A stretch of 64,000 nt of DNA from Octopus sinensis (Eukaryota), in the NCBI RefSeq assembly GCF_006345805.1, contig NC_043001.1, forward strand, positions 99,448,001 through 99,512,000. Reading direction: 5' to 3'. The notes under the pieces were generated by a model. It did not search any database and had not been told where the DNA came from. It worked only from the letters and a program-made list of their open reading frames with translations. Below, piece after piece: positions 49,243-62,260 of this stretch; position 1 is the stretch's first letter, and each line of letters begins with the position of its first letter. The position numbers and the translations under genes were made by a program.

Positions 49243-49247
<5 letters not shown>
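48718..49247. repeat. Inverted repeat pair (about 70 bp) around a 390-bp spacer
   Basis: ataagacaag...tactggtttc (48718-48788) and gaaaccagta...cttgtcttat (49177-49247), the latter followed by (TA)n. Confidence 0.8.
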
Positions 49248-49278
<31 letters not shown>

Positions 49279-50106
49279 GAGCGTTAAACTAATACATCTG
49301 TTTGTTGTTTACACACCCGTCTTCATCTTGTTTCTTTGTAGATTCTCATATATATATATATACATACACACAACACATATAGCTAGATAGTACATGTGTG
49401 TGTGATTATTTGAAATCACTCCTAAGCCAGGCTCTTTAGGCCAAAGCTTACTTTACTTTGCCAAAGTGCTTGAGCATCTGTCTGAGAGTCAATGGCATAG
49501 CTAGATTGTATGCCCTTAGGACAGTCCTTTAGTTCAATTTCTGTCCCCCACAAAAATATATGCTGATATAGCAAATCGAAAAGTGCTACCTAGGGCGGGC
49601 TGCCTCAGGACCACCTATAGCTACGCTACAAATGAGAATATAAGATTGCCTCCTGGATGGTATGTGAATTCATCATAGGATTAACTCCCACTCAGCTGTC
49701 ACTGGTACACACACACACACAGGCAGATTGATGAGGTCATGAGTAGCAACAAAAGGTCTTTAATAAACAACTGATTGATTGTTTGATCGACTGATTATGC
49801 AAGTGATCGATTAGTTGGTTAAATAACTAACCAATTAAATAATAAGGAAGTGAAAACGAACTTGTGCTTGTGTTATTACCAGCGTAATGACCCTTCAAGA
49901 TACAACAAAATACGTGTGTGTCATCGTAATGAAGGGTTTTAGTCGAACAAATCAACCCCAGCACTTATGTTTCTAAAGTCTGTTACTTTTACCGATTCCT
50001 TTTGCTGAAATGCTACATTACAAGGACATAAACAAACCAACACCAGTTGCCAAGCAGTGGTGATGCAAACACATAGCTACACACACACACATATATATAT
50101 ATATAA

Positions 50107-50837
50107 CTCCAAGAAAGTTAGGGGTTGTGAGTCCAACCCACTAAGGGATAATATCTATCCAATATACTGTTGGTAGAATACCCAATTATTAATACACAAG
50201 TGTTTTTTATTGCATTGCAATTACATTACCTAGTGTATTAAATGGGTGAAGGTAAAAAAATATTTTACCATTAATTTATATTACAAATAAGAAAATGGAG
50301 AACAATAGTTGGTTCATCAACTTTAGGACATTAAAAATGTTAACTTATTTATTTATTAAACTGATAATTATGTTCAGAAGTGGCTGTGTGGTAAGTAGCT
50401 TGTGTACCAACCACATGGTTCCGGGTTCAGTCCCACTGCGTGGAACCTTGGGCAAGTGTCTTCTACTATAACCTCGGGCCAACCAAAGCCTTGTGAGTGG
50501 ATTTGGTAGACGGAAACTGAAAGAAGCCCGTCGTATATATGTATATATATATGTGTGTGTGTGTTTGTGTATCTGTGTTTGTCCCCCTAGCATTGCTTGA
50601 CAACCGATGCTGGTGTGTTTATGTCCCCGTCACTTAGCGGTTCGGCAAAAGAGACCGATAGAATAAGTACTGGGCTTACAAAAGAATAAGTCCCGGGGTC
50701 GAGTTGCTCCAGCATGGCCGCAGTCAAATGACTGAAACAAGTAAAAGAGTAAAAGAGTTTAATAAAGAAATAAGTTAACATTTTTAATGTCCTAAAGTTG
50801 ATGAACCAACTATTGTTCTCCTCCATTTTCTTATTCG

Positions 50838-50838
<1 letters not shown>
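50107..50838 (-). mobile_element. Fold-back element related to 42681-44891, with a family-A SINE at its centre
   Basis: Arms 50282-50362 and 50756-50838. The left extension taggggttgtgagt...ggataatatctatccaatatactg is homologous to 42700-42860. Confidence 0.7.
50376..50757 (+). mobile_element. Full-length family-A tRNA-derived SINE
   Basis: A box tggctgtgtgg, B box ggttcagtcc, central (TA/GT)n, tail gactgaaacaagtaaaagagtaaaagag. Confidence 0.9.
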
Positions 50839-50872
<34 letters not shown>

Positions 50873-50876
<4 letters not shown>

Positions 50877-51150
50877 GAGGCGCAGTGGCCCAGTGGTTAG
50901 GGCAGCGGACTTGCGGTTTCAAATACCATACCGGGCGTTGTGAGTGTTTATTGAGCGAAAACACCTAAAGCTTCACGAAGCTCCGGTAGGGGGTGGTGGC
51001 GATTCCTGCTGTACTCTTTCACCACAATTTTCTTTTCTTGGCCTCCTCACTTAGCCAGCAGGGTGGCGTCATTTGAAGGCTTAAACAAGGCGAAGCGCAT
51101 TGTGACCAGCGATGTGTAGCAACATCTGATAGCCTGGTTGGTCACGGTGA
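50873..51150 (+). mobile_element. tRNA-derived SINE (family F)
   Basis: ggaggcgcagtggcccagtggttagggcagcggact...gtgaccagcgatgtgtagcaacatctgatagcctggttggtcacggtgata. The 3' part recurs at 63140-63250. Confidence 0.75.
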
Positions 51151-51446
51151 TAAGATATAAGTTAGAGGTAATGTAACCATCTAAGGGATAAAAATATCCA
51201 ATATCTTGAATTATTGACCCCACTAAAAATGTAAGACTATTGAATAAACGAACATTTTTCCTTTGTTCCTCTCCTTTCCGGATGTTTTCTTTCTATTATC
51301 TTCACCATACAATCATTCTCATGATGTCTGTCAACTGCAACGAGGTAAATGCGAATTTACCCAAGCTTGATACACTGAAACAGCTGTAAACATACTCTCA
51401 TCTTAATTAAATAATGACTTTATAACACCAATGAACTACTTCTCAC

Positions 51447-51840
51447 GGATCTTTTTGGTTTGAACGGCAGTTTTTAACATAAATTCTAGGTAACTAAAAA
51501 AATTTTTAACTTCGTATACTGGTAGAAAGTGTTTATAAAACATCTTTTTCTCTTGGCTTTATTGAGAAAATTCTATAGTTTGTAAGATATTTGTTGTTTT
51601 TTTTCTTCAATTTCTACCAATCAGTAACGTCTATTGAGTTAAAAAGCATTCTGTGCCGTATGAATATGTTCCTCGTTTAAGAAACAGATTGGGTTTATTT
51701 ACATTTGTGAAGAAAAAAAGACACCCTTCCCCCACCCCTAAAAGAGATTGAAATGTAATAGATCGATTCTAGGGTCATAATTATGGGTGACAATTTCATG
51801 ACACCGCTAGAAAAAACTGCCGTTCAAACCGAAAATATCC
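51447..51840. mobile_element. MITE with GG-terminal TIRs and a perfect 8-bp TSD (Merlin- or hAT-like)
   Basis: cttctcac|ggatctttttggtttgaacggcagttttt...aaaaactgccgttcaaaccgaaaatatcc|cttctcac. Confidence 0.85.
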
Positions 51841-51892
51841 CTTCTCACTGTTATTTATTGCTCCATTTCTTATCGTCTATATATAAATATAT

Positions 51893-52392
51893 ATATTCTT
51901 TTACTTGTTTCCGTCTACCAAATCCACACACAAGGCTTTGGTCGGCCGAGGTTATAGAAGACACTTGCCCAAGGTTTTACGCAGTGGGACTGAACCTAGG
52001 ACCAGGCGTAGGAGTGGCTGTGTGGTAAGAGGCTTGCTTACCAACCACATGGTTCCGGGTTCAGTCCCAGTGCATGGCACCTTGGGCAAGTGTCTTCTAC
52101 TATAGCCTCGGGCCGACCAAAGCCTTGTGAGTGGATCTGGTAGAGGGAAACTGAAAGAAGCCCGTTGTATATATATATATGTGTGTGTATATGTTTGTCC
52201 CCCCAACATCGCTTGACAACCGATACTGGTGTGTTTACGTCCCCGTAACCTAGCGGTTCGGCAAAAGAGATCCGATAGAATAAGTACTAGGCTTACAAAG
52301 AATAAATAGGTCCTGGGGTCGATTTGCTCGACTAACTGCGGTGCTCCAGCATGGCCACAGTGAAATGACTGAAACAAGTAAAAGAGTAGAGT
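51893..52392. mobile_element. Head-to-head pair of family-A SINEs: deleted minus copy (51893-52003) and full plus copy (52010-52392)
   Basis: ccgtctaccaaatccac...cagtgggactgaacc is the reverse complement of ggttcagtcccagtg...gtggatctggtagaggg. Confidence 0.85.
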
Positions 52393-52787
52393 ATGTGTAG
52401 GGAAAGAGAGAGAGAGAGAGAGATTGGATATTAACTCGTTGGAATGAATATAAATAGAAAATGGTAAATGTCCTCGTGTTAGGTTCATCTAGATCTTATC
52501 ATAATTTAATCTATATTCTCAATAATAGGTTGCTTACAGAACATAAAAAAAAAGACTACGTAAAAATTGACGTTATATTGTTCTGTGCACCTGAAATGTA
52601 AGCATATTTATCAGTGCATGCTTAGATATACGAAGTCATATCTCGGTTAATGAGCTAAGTGAAGTACATTGCTCATTTGATAAATTAAGTATCAGATACC
52701 TGCAATCATTTGATCACTGAATTTTTTTTTTTATCATAATGGAGTCAGAAATATGCGATTGTTTAATCTTAACAACCAATTATTTAG

Positions 52788-52927
52788 ATGTGTCGAATAG
52801 CTAAAATCTTTACTGGAATTTTGAATATGAAAATACAGGACGTTTACATAAGTACACTATACAAACGTATGTCAATTCTATTTGTTTTATATTCAAAATT
52901 ACAGTTATGACTAGCTATTCGACACAT
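52788..52927. repeat. 140-bp imperfect hairpin (MITE-like)
   Basis: atgtgtcgaatagcta/tagctattcgacacat perfect 16 bp, then aattttgaatat/atattcaaaatt and acgttt/aaacgt. Confidence 0.75.
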
Positions 52928-54175
52928 TTACCTAAATATGGCTGTATAAATTAAACAACCTCACACATTTCTTATTCCATTCTGATAAAAAAAAAATCCA
53001 ATTAACTGATTATAGCTATTTGGTACTCAATTCACCTACTGGCCAGTGTACTAGATACTTCGTTTAGCACATAAACTAGCCACTGAGTATAAAGAAGGTA
53101 CTCTAAATCACATCTATTCGTCTCTCTTATAGTTTGATGACTTTCCACGTGACTCGATTCCAGCATACTACAGTTAAGGTTGAATATTCATGACCCTTTC
53201 CGTCCAGGGGAAAATATAGGTCGGTCATTCGTTTAACGTATTGCCATTAACTCCAAGCTTTCCATTATTTTGTCCCTTTCGTTTTTCACTTTAAATCTAG
53301 TAAGTGATACATGTCCTTCTCCTGCGTGTAAATCCATCTGCTGATCAACTTAACAGTTTATATTTATCATCGTAAGCAATTTTCATTTCATTCGAAGTTG
53401 TTAGAACGAAAAAAAAAACAGAGACGATATTGAGATAGGGGATTTCCTAGTTGCTTCGATAGAAAGACGCAGTGAAACAAAACGGATTGTAAATTTGTTA
53501 AAGGGTCTAGTTGTTTGTTGATTATAATATTTTACTTTGTTTGATGACGATAAAATGTAAAAAGCATATCAATGATTTTTCTTTTTTTCCGCAGTAGACA
53601 GGACACCGGCGGAAGTAAGAAACCGTGCAAAAAGAGCAATCAATGGTGAGACAACTCTTATTTATGTTTGTTGAGTTGAGTCAGGGCCTGATAATAGAAG
53701 TAGTATGAGTAAACAAGACAAAGAGAGAGGCCCCTCTCCCTTTCTCTCTTCCCACTCTCTCTCTAAAAAAATCTCTTAGTCAAAGTGAGAGAGAAAGAGA
53801 GAGAGAGAAAAGAGGAAGTAAAGTGGAGTGAGGAGAAAGAGTAATTGTGAGTGTGAAAGAGGAGAGAGAGAAATAAAGAACTGTAGGTTAAATTATGGAA
53901 GGAGTTGAGTAGCGGCTGAGGATATTTGCTGTAAGGCACCCCGCAAAACATAACACAATATGCCATAAATATACTCATATATCAGTGCCGATTACAATTA
54001 ATACTCGCATCTTGCTCTTTTCTTTATCATATATACTCGCTTACACTCACTCACTCACTTGCACACATAAAAACCCAACCTCACTACCACACACCACACT
54101 GAGGCAAAGCAGCGGGGTTTTTTTTGTCTGTTTCTATGAAAGGGGCCAATCTTATTCCTACAACGGCTTAAGTGC

Positions 54176-54206
<31 letters not shown>

Positions 54207-54351
54207 TACTAGTTTTATCTTCTCGGTCATCCTTTCTCTTTTATGCCTTCTCTGTATATTTATATATATACATTCAACTACATAATCTCCGTCTTTTAAC
54301 TACCTTTATGAAACGACGACGATGACGAACGACGGTGAGGGAAAAATCGAA

Positions 54352-54383
<32 letters not shown>

Positions 54384-54573
54384 CGAAGAAGAAATCAGAA
54401 AGGGAAAGGAGAAAAATAAACTATCTGTGAATTAAACAAGAGCGACTTATCAGGAGAGATCCAACCATGTTCTCTTTCTACACACATTTCGTCCCAGATA
54501 TGACGCACTGAACCGAGAGAGGACAAAATTCTGTACGTATAGTTACATGTATTGTTTGTGTGTATGTATGTTA

Positions 54574-54607
<34 letters not shown>

Positions 54608-54699
54608 GTAAATGTTCTCTTATTTGTTATGTACACCCTGACGGGTTCGACTATTACAAATTTGGTCCTTGCCTATTCTTACATAGAATAAATAAATAT

Positions 54700-54745
<46 letters not shown>

Positions 54746-55410
54746 TAGGTAGGTGATTTAGAAAATTTACTATCACTATCAGCTTTCCCCCTACCCCAGA
54801 TTTTACTCTCCTTGTTTAGATTTTGAAATAAACACGCTAGTCTCGAATTTATCCAATTTCATTTTTGTTCGTCATCCCCGACTATTTATATATTTCGTAT
54901 TATATAAAATAAGTTTAAAAAAAAAAATTGTTTGACTATTAGTCAAGACTCTATCACTATGACAACAATATTCATAGAAAAATTATTATTGCTATTATTA
55001 CATAAACACGAATCTGCTATTTTTAGTGGAAAGATACGCGTAATTGTGAGCCTCATGCCTATCCCAAGGGCATTAGTTATCTGAGTGGAGTGGTTCCAAC
55101 TAAATCGAAACCTGGTCGCGGACGAAACCTGTTCAATGTGATTTGTTAATTATATATCATCTCGTCATATGTTTTGAGGTGTATTTCTGTCCAATCTTTG
55201 CTGGATATATTCATTTATGCCGATATTTATTTCTACTCTGTGTATGTCTGTGTGTATACTCACTCACACACACACACACACGCACACACTTTATATTTAG
55301 AGATGTGAATGTTTGTACAAAATGTAAATGCTGTTTGACGGTTTCTCACGGCAATATTTCTGGTAACACAGATATGAATCTATATTTCCAACTATGACTA
55401 ACTGGCCGTG

Positions 55411-55449
<39 letters not shown>

Positions 55450-56145
55450 ATGTAAATATATATATAACATATATAATTGAGTATGTGTAAATTAGATGAT
55501 ATCACCAGTCCTGGAACTGTATGAGGTGGAGGACCTGTACCAAGTCGACGTATATGGGGATTTATGTGCAGCCATTCCTAGCAACATTGACTGCTGTATG
55601 TGTTAAGGTGATGTGTATATGTATGTGTGCGTGTGTATCTGCGTGTTGTGTATACACACGTACAAGCACATATGTGTGTATGTGTGAATATAATATATAT
55701 ATATAACGTATAGGTGCATTCATTTCATTGCAGTCCGGACGAATTGAATGAGGGAGGGTCGGAACATCTAAATAACTGGATAACAAACATTCACAGAAGC
55801 TGTTACAACAATAAGTTGTAACGACAATAATTCTCCGATGAACGAGAAAAAGAGTTCGTGGGGTGGGGTTTTTTTTGTGGTGATGGTGGTGCTGGAGAGT
55901 AAAAGGTGTAAGCAAGAAAAAGAAAAGCGAGAGAAAGATTAAACCGGCCTGCTGTGATTCATTATTAAATATTTATTTATTCATTCAACGAAGACAACTG
56001 ATAATTCAAAATCTGGTGCTAGAGATAATGAATCGAGGGAAATTTTTTTCTCCCTTCATATTACAGCATCAGGGGAAAAAAATCATCTGATTTATTACCT
56101 CATTCTTCTCCCTCTTCACACGCACGCACACACACACACACACAT

Positions 56146-56186
<41 letters not shown>

Positions 56187-57625
56187 ATTTCCCTACGCAA
56201 TTCTCTACCCCCAACTAACATTATATGTGTTCTATTTGATATATCGATCGTGTTTTTATTCCGTCATTCCCCCACCGTCCCATCATCATTACCAGCAGCA
56301 GCAGTACCAGCATCACCACCACAACTATTATCACTGTCACTACCATCGTTATTATCAGCACCAACACCACTATTAACGCTAAACCCTTCTTATATTGTCT
56401 GTCCCCTGCCGCCAAGTCACTCAGCAGTCATCGCCCATTCTTAGGTCATCGTTACATTGGTTGCCATCAGTATCTTATGAGAAGGTCCCTTCTCTGATGG
56501 ATGTCCATCCAACCTTTATCTGTTCTACCATTCTCTCTCTCTCTTTCCCTTCCCCTCCCTCTCTCTCTCACATACATCAAGCTGTGTTCGTTACATACAT
56601 ATTTATAGTATGTTAATAGCACCTAGATAAGGTAGGCTGACGACTGAGAATAGCATTGCTTTTGACTTGACGAGGTCTTGGCTGTTTTAAACCCTACCAC
56701 CACCACGACAACCGAACCTTTTAACGAAACCATCTCCTGTTATACGTACTGTACGCACGTATGTGTGTGTATATATTTCCTGGACTGGATCAGTGACATC
56801 GAATACTTTAGGAAATCAATTAATGTATAGTGTAGTTCCAATACATACACGCATATATATATATATATATATATATACATACATATACACACACCCGCAC
56901 TCATATATTCTACACGCATAATATATACAATAATATATTCGATATATTTATTATGCATGCACAGACACGCATGTGTGTGTGTGTGTGGTTAGTATTGTAG
57001 GAAAGGATAGTGTATTAAGTGGAATGTGGGTGAGATAGTGAATGAGAAGAGAAAGTGAGTGTGTGTGTATATAAGGCCAATCAGTATGATTTAGTGAGTT
57101 GTATAAAATATATTTGTCCTTCTGTTCGCTTTACTGAGCGTGTGGGTGGGATTTTAGTGTGCGTGTGATATATGACTATATTGTCCATTTCTGACTAGAA
57201 ATATACATACATATATGTTCATGTGTGTAATATACATGTATGTGTATGAATGTGTAGGCGCACGCCAGATAGAAAAGTAAGAGAGAGGGTGAGAGACTCA
57301 TGCATATGTATGTGAATGTGTCTATTGTGTGCCTGCATATATGTTAAGTATGTTTACTCACTTAATGCCAGATTTTCCACATATATATTTACATAAATAC
57401 ATACTTTATAAGATGTCCTATCATATAAAATAAAGGTTGTTACATTTTTCTATATGTTTTCTTTCCTTTTCTCTTTTATGTGTATCGCTCTACTGTGAAA
57501 ATACACATTTAAAGAATTTGTGATGCTTTATAGTATATCGTTTCTTTCATAAAACAGATGATGTTTATTCATTCTCTTTCTCTCTCTATCTTTCATATAC
57601 TAACTCTTTTCCGCTCATCTATCTA

Positions 57626-57656
<31 letters not shown>

Positions 57657-59569
57657 CCTCTCTCTCATTTTTGTGTATTAAGTATGTTACTTGTGTATAT
57701 TAATATCATTACCACCCCTGTGTCAGTGTGTTGATGGTGTGTATTACTCGTTGAGCTAATAATATGTGTTGTGTGTTCAAGCATTTATTCATATATGCAT
57801 GTGTGTGTATACGTATGTTTCCCCGTGCAACGGTGCGTATTCTTTTCTCTGACTCTTTTGCTGAGCTATACTACATTTATTCCACTTATATTCCCAAATC
57901 TACATCATAATTTTATCTAATATTCACATGCATTTCTATCTCGTGTATAAAATTAATGAGAAAATGTCTGCTCTGTACAGTACATTACATTTTTTTTTTA
58001 TCTGCCTTTTTTTTTTACCTTACCTTAACAAAAGAAACAAATGCAGTATATTATTATTGGTACCTATCATTTTGATCTCGTGCGGAACGGGAAGGTACAT
58101 GGTCCCATTTGGGGTCGATTTACTTTTTGTTCCATCGAAGTTAGTGAATGAAATAAGTATTGGACAAATATTGATATTTCTTCTATTGGTGTGTATATAT
58201 ATATATATATATATAACATCTGCCCATTTGATCTTGTGGAAAAACAAGAAACCATTATTAAAGTTTGCAGTTTTTCTAAATCAGAACATATACTATTTTC
58301 AAAGCCCCACACACTTTTTTGTTATATCTTGCAGTTATTATGGATACATTGTTTAGATTTTGAAATCGAAAGATAAGGTTTGGGTTTCTAACAAATTTCG
58401 TTACTGGATTAATAAAGAAAATGAGATAACATGATGCTGAGAATCTATTCAAGACTTTTATCGATCTCAGTGATATAACGAGCTTACCAGGGAACTTCTC
58501 TCTCTACACGGTCATTCGGTTTACTTGTATTTGCAAACCAAATCTCCCATAGCACATTCTACTGTCTTTGGGAAGAAGGGATGCATTAGATAGAGAAAAT
58601 TGACGGGATTGTCACCGCTGGCATATTTAATCATTCTCTCAATTAGGGCGAAACAACAAGTGAAACAGAAAAGTAGAATTATGGTATTTAAAAATATATA
58701 TTGTTCGTGTGTGTGTGTGTTTGCAGGTACTGTTTTTCATTTAGATGGAAGAGAAAAATAGAATTAGAATAAATATTTTGAACAAACAATTTGACATTAC
58801 TTTATAAACAAAGAAAAAAGCCATTTAAAACTATTTTAAAATGAATTATTAATAACGTATGATCAGAAATCGATAAGTTAATGTCTATATTTAGTTCCAT
58901 ATAGTAATGTAAGAATCTTATTACTTATTAAGAGTTATCAGTTTCTATTGTTTTTTTTTATAAATATTTACGCCATTTTTTAAAATTCAAAACAAATTGA
59001 AACTTCCTTATAGGTGTTTACCATCTCATTGTGTCTTAAATCTTTTTTTAAATATATCTATCCCCTATCTCGATTCCTACACCCCAACCTCATATGGCAA
59101 GAGTTGTCTTGTATACAACAGTTTATTGCATAACATTAACATCCTTAAAATCAACATTAAGAAAATGTGAATCTAGTAAAATCAGTTTGAATAATAGTAA
59201 AGAATTTTTCCACTGAAAGAAAAATTTCCTTACCGGCATTCTAAAATTTTTTGCAGGTTTATAGAATTGTAGTTGTGGAATCTTTATTCTGTTTGTCTCA
59301 AAATCAAACTTCTTTGTTGGGTATAGCTTCCAGTTTCATTTTTATCAATGAAGAATACATGGATAAGGTTTCTTAAAATAAACTTTTTTTAACAGAGATG
59401 AAGCTTTATTGTTGTTATACCTAGGTCAACTTTGCTTTTCAACCTTTCAGGGTCGATAAAAATAAGTATTACTGGAGCCATGGGGTCAATATAATCAACT
59501 TTTCTCACTCAAAACTGCTGTTCCTGTGCCAAAATTAGAAAGGATTATTATTATTATTATTATTATTAA

Positions 59570-59960
59570 TGTATCTCGGCTTTGTTCACATTCCTTGTAG
59601 AATTTATGTGGATAGTGGGTAACTTTGGGGATCCTGAAGCTTCCAGTAGTCTTTCAAGTTCTTACGGCTCTCCTGATAATCTTTCCTGTCTCTTAGAAGC
59701 AAACCTTCTGTAGAAGTTCTATAGGACATTCTGTTTCAATCTCCTTCACCTACTTGTCTGTGTCTTTACTCAGAGTTCCCAATACACCAATTATTACAGA
59801 CACAACCTTTACAGTTTTTGTAATCCAAATTCTTGCAATTTCAAATTTTAAGGGATTGCATTTTTAAAACTTTTTCATCCTCTTTCCTCACAATACTGGA
59901 ATCAAAAGGACATGACAGATCATCTTCGCTTTTCCTTGTCTATTATTGTCTGATTTATTA
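59570..59960 (-). mobile_element. R4/Dong-like LINE 3' end (restriction-like endonuclease remnant)
   Basis: Minus-strand degenerate translation ...EIARIWITKTVKVVSVIIGVLGTL...ELLQKVCF...KIIRR. Confidence 0.65.
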
Positions 59961-60624
59961 TTTTCTAGCTTCTTATCCATTTGAATAGGAAAATCTCATA
60001 AAAACTACAACTACTATTCTGAGGTCAAGGTTTCCTTTATCATATTGAGGTCGATAAAATCGACCAGTTGAATACTGAGGTCAGTGCAATCAACTAATCT
60101 CTTCCCCTTAAAATTGCTGGCCTTGTGCCAAAATTTGAAAGCATTCTTATAATTGAGTTGCGGAATGATAGAAAATGTGTCATCTTTTGGTATTTTGAGT
60201 CATCTAATTCCATTCTTAGTTTAAATCTTGCTTAGGTTGATTTTCCATTCCTTCTGTATCAGTCAAGCATAAACTTGTTTTTGGTTTTGTGTTCATGATA
60301 GAAATCCTTATTCGTACCATCACCATTCTCATTTTAGTATCCTTTTTTTTTTTTCATACTGACCTACAATGTTTGTTATGAATGGTAATGTGCTATTCGA
60401 ATCTGACCTCACCACTTGTTCCCATCTTCTCTTAAGCATTGCCTGCTATAGAAATTTTCCACTTTCAGGATAAAGTACTTCTTCACTCAGCACTCATTTA
60501 TTTACATCACATAGTCATACTAGTGCAATCAACTCGCCTCACATCAGCTGATATGTCTACTGCTCAACATTCTCTCAGTTCACTTGTGCTTTTTTATCTT
60601 GCCAGTTAATATTGCACAACACAC

Positions 60625-60995
60625 ACATATTCTTTTATTCTTTTACTTGTTTTAGCCATTTGACTGCGGCCATGCTGGAGCACCGCCTTTAGTCGAGCAA
60701 ATCGACCCCGGGACTTATTCTTTGTAAGCCCAGTACTTATTCTATCGGTGTCTTTTGCTGAACCGCTAAGTGACGGGGACATAAACACACCAGCATCGGT
60801 TGTCAAACAATGCTAGGGGGACAAACACACGCACATATATATATATACATATATACGACGGGCTTCTTTCAGTTTCCGTCTACCAAATCCACTTACAAGG
60901 CTTTGGCCGGCCCGAGGCTATAGTAGAAGACATTTGCCCAAGGTGCCATGCAGTAGGACTGAACCCGGAACCATGTGGTTGGTAAGCAAGCTAGT
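60625..60995 (-). mobile_element. Full-length family-A SINE, young copy
   Basis: Near-exact reverse complement of 50376-50757. Confidence 0.9.
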
Positions 60996-62069
60996 TGATT
61001 CATTTCTGATTCAGTTTCCATAGGTCTTTTACATTCAGGGACTATATCACACTACAATGAATTGTCACTTCTCATGGATGGGTTTCATACTTCAGTTTTC
61101 CATTGAAAAAACCTGTTATTGCTAATATATTTCTACTATTATTATTCCATTCACATCTAGGATGCCTTATATGAATGTTTAATCAACTCCAGTGCTTGAC
61201 TGATACTTTATTTTATCAGTACCCTCTCTCCCCAGAATACTGAAAGGCAAAGTTGACTTCAGCAGGATTTGAACTTAGAGTGCAAAAGTTTGTTGCTAAA
61301 TGCCACAAAGCATTTTGTCCAAATGTTGTAATGTAATACTGTTTGTCAACTGCTATATTTACTTTCTTAACAATTTGGTTGATACTTTTTATACAAAGAT
61401 TTTATGCTTTTGGCATATGAGTGAGGAGGAAGTGTGAAGCCAGTGCTTAATTCCTAGTTGAATATAGTAATGGTGACAAAGGATGATTTTTGTTGCTGGG
61501 TAGGATTCTAGTCTATCAGAGATAAAATTTCTTCGAGATGATACAGCACATATACCTATTTCTAATATCAAGGTGAACCTTGTGTTTAGAATTCAGTGTT
61601 TATTCAGAGACAATAAAATGCTTACACGATCTTTGAATTCTTAACCTATGCATTGTTATTCCTGTACAATAATATCCCTCTTCGTTAACAAAATGATACC
61701 TCCAGGTTGTTATTCTCACAAACTGAAATATTCTTCACCCTTTCATTCTATTCTAAAGCCATCACCAACTATTTTTCTTTAAATTGATTATTTCATGTTA
61801 ATATATTTAATGCATAGAACATCAAAAGCTAACTAATTGTGCAGTGAGGATAAAATAATTTTGCTCATCACTGTCAAATATAATTTTGATTGTTTCAGCA
61901 AGTGTGAGTAACAACTCCAGGCATGTTTTGGGCTCAATAGATCTCAGTAGATCTCTTCAGTAAAGTCTAGATTCCACTGTACTTGAAGTAGTGATGAAGG
62001 ACTAAGTAAATATCTATCAGTGCTCATAAAAAAATAGAAATGATCAGAGGAAAAAATTACTTAGACAAC

Positions 62070-62260
62070 ATTTTCATGACAAGATGCTATGTAAAAAGCA
62101 TTCAGTGGGATGGTTGGTGTTAGGAGGGACACCCAGCCATAAAAACTGTGCCAAAACAGACACAGAGGTCTGGTGCAGTCTTTTGCCTGACCAGCTCCTG
62201 TCAAACCATCCATTCCATGCAAGTGTGAAAGGCAGATGTTACACAATGATGATGATGATG
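62070..62260 (+). mobile_element. RTE-tail SINE fragment (family C)
   Basis: ggtgttagggagggacacccagccataaaaactgtgcc...ccattccatgcaagtgtg...atgatgatgatg. Confidence 0.7.

Noticed and set aside
51340-51400. gaaacagctgta motif resembling the 3' half of the 43/44-kb hammerheads
   Set aside because: No intact CTGANGA and no stem II adjacent to GAAA.
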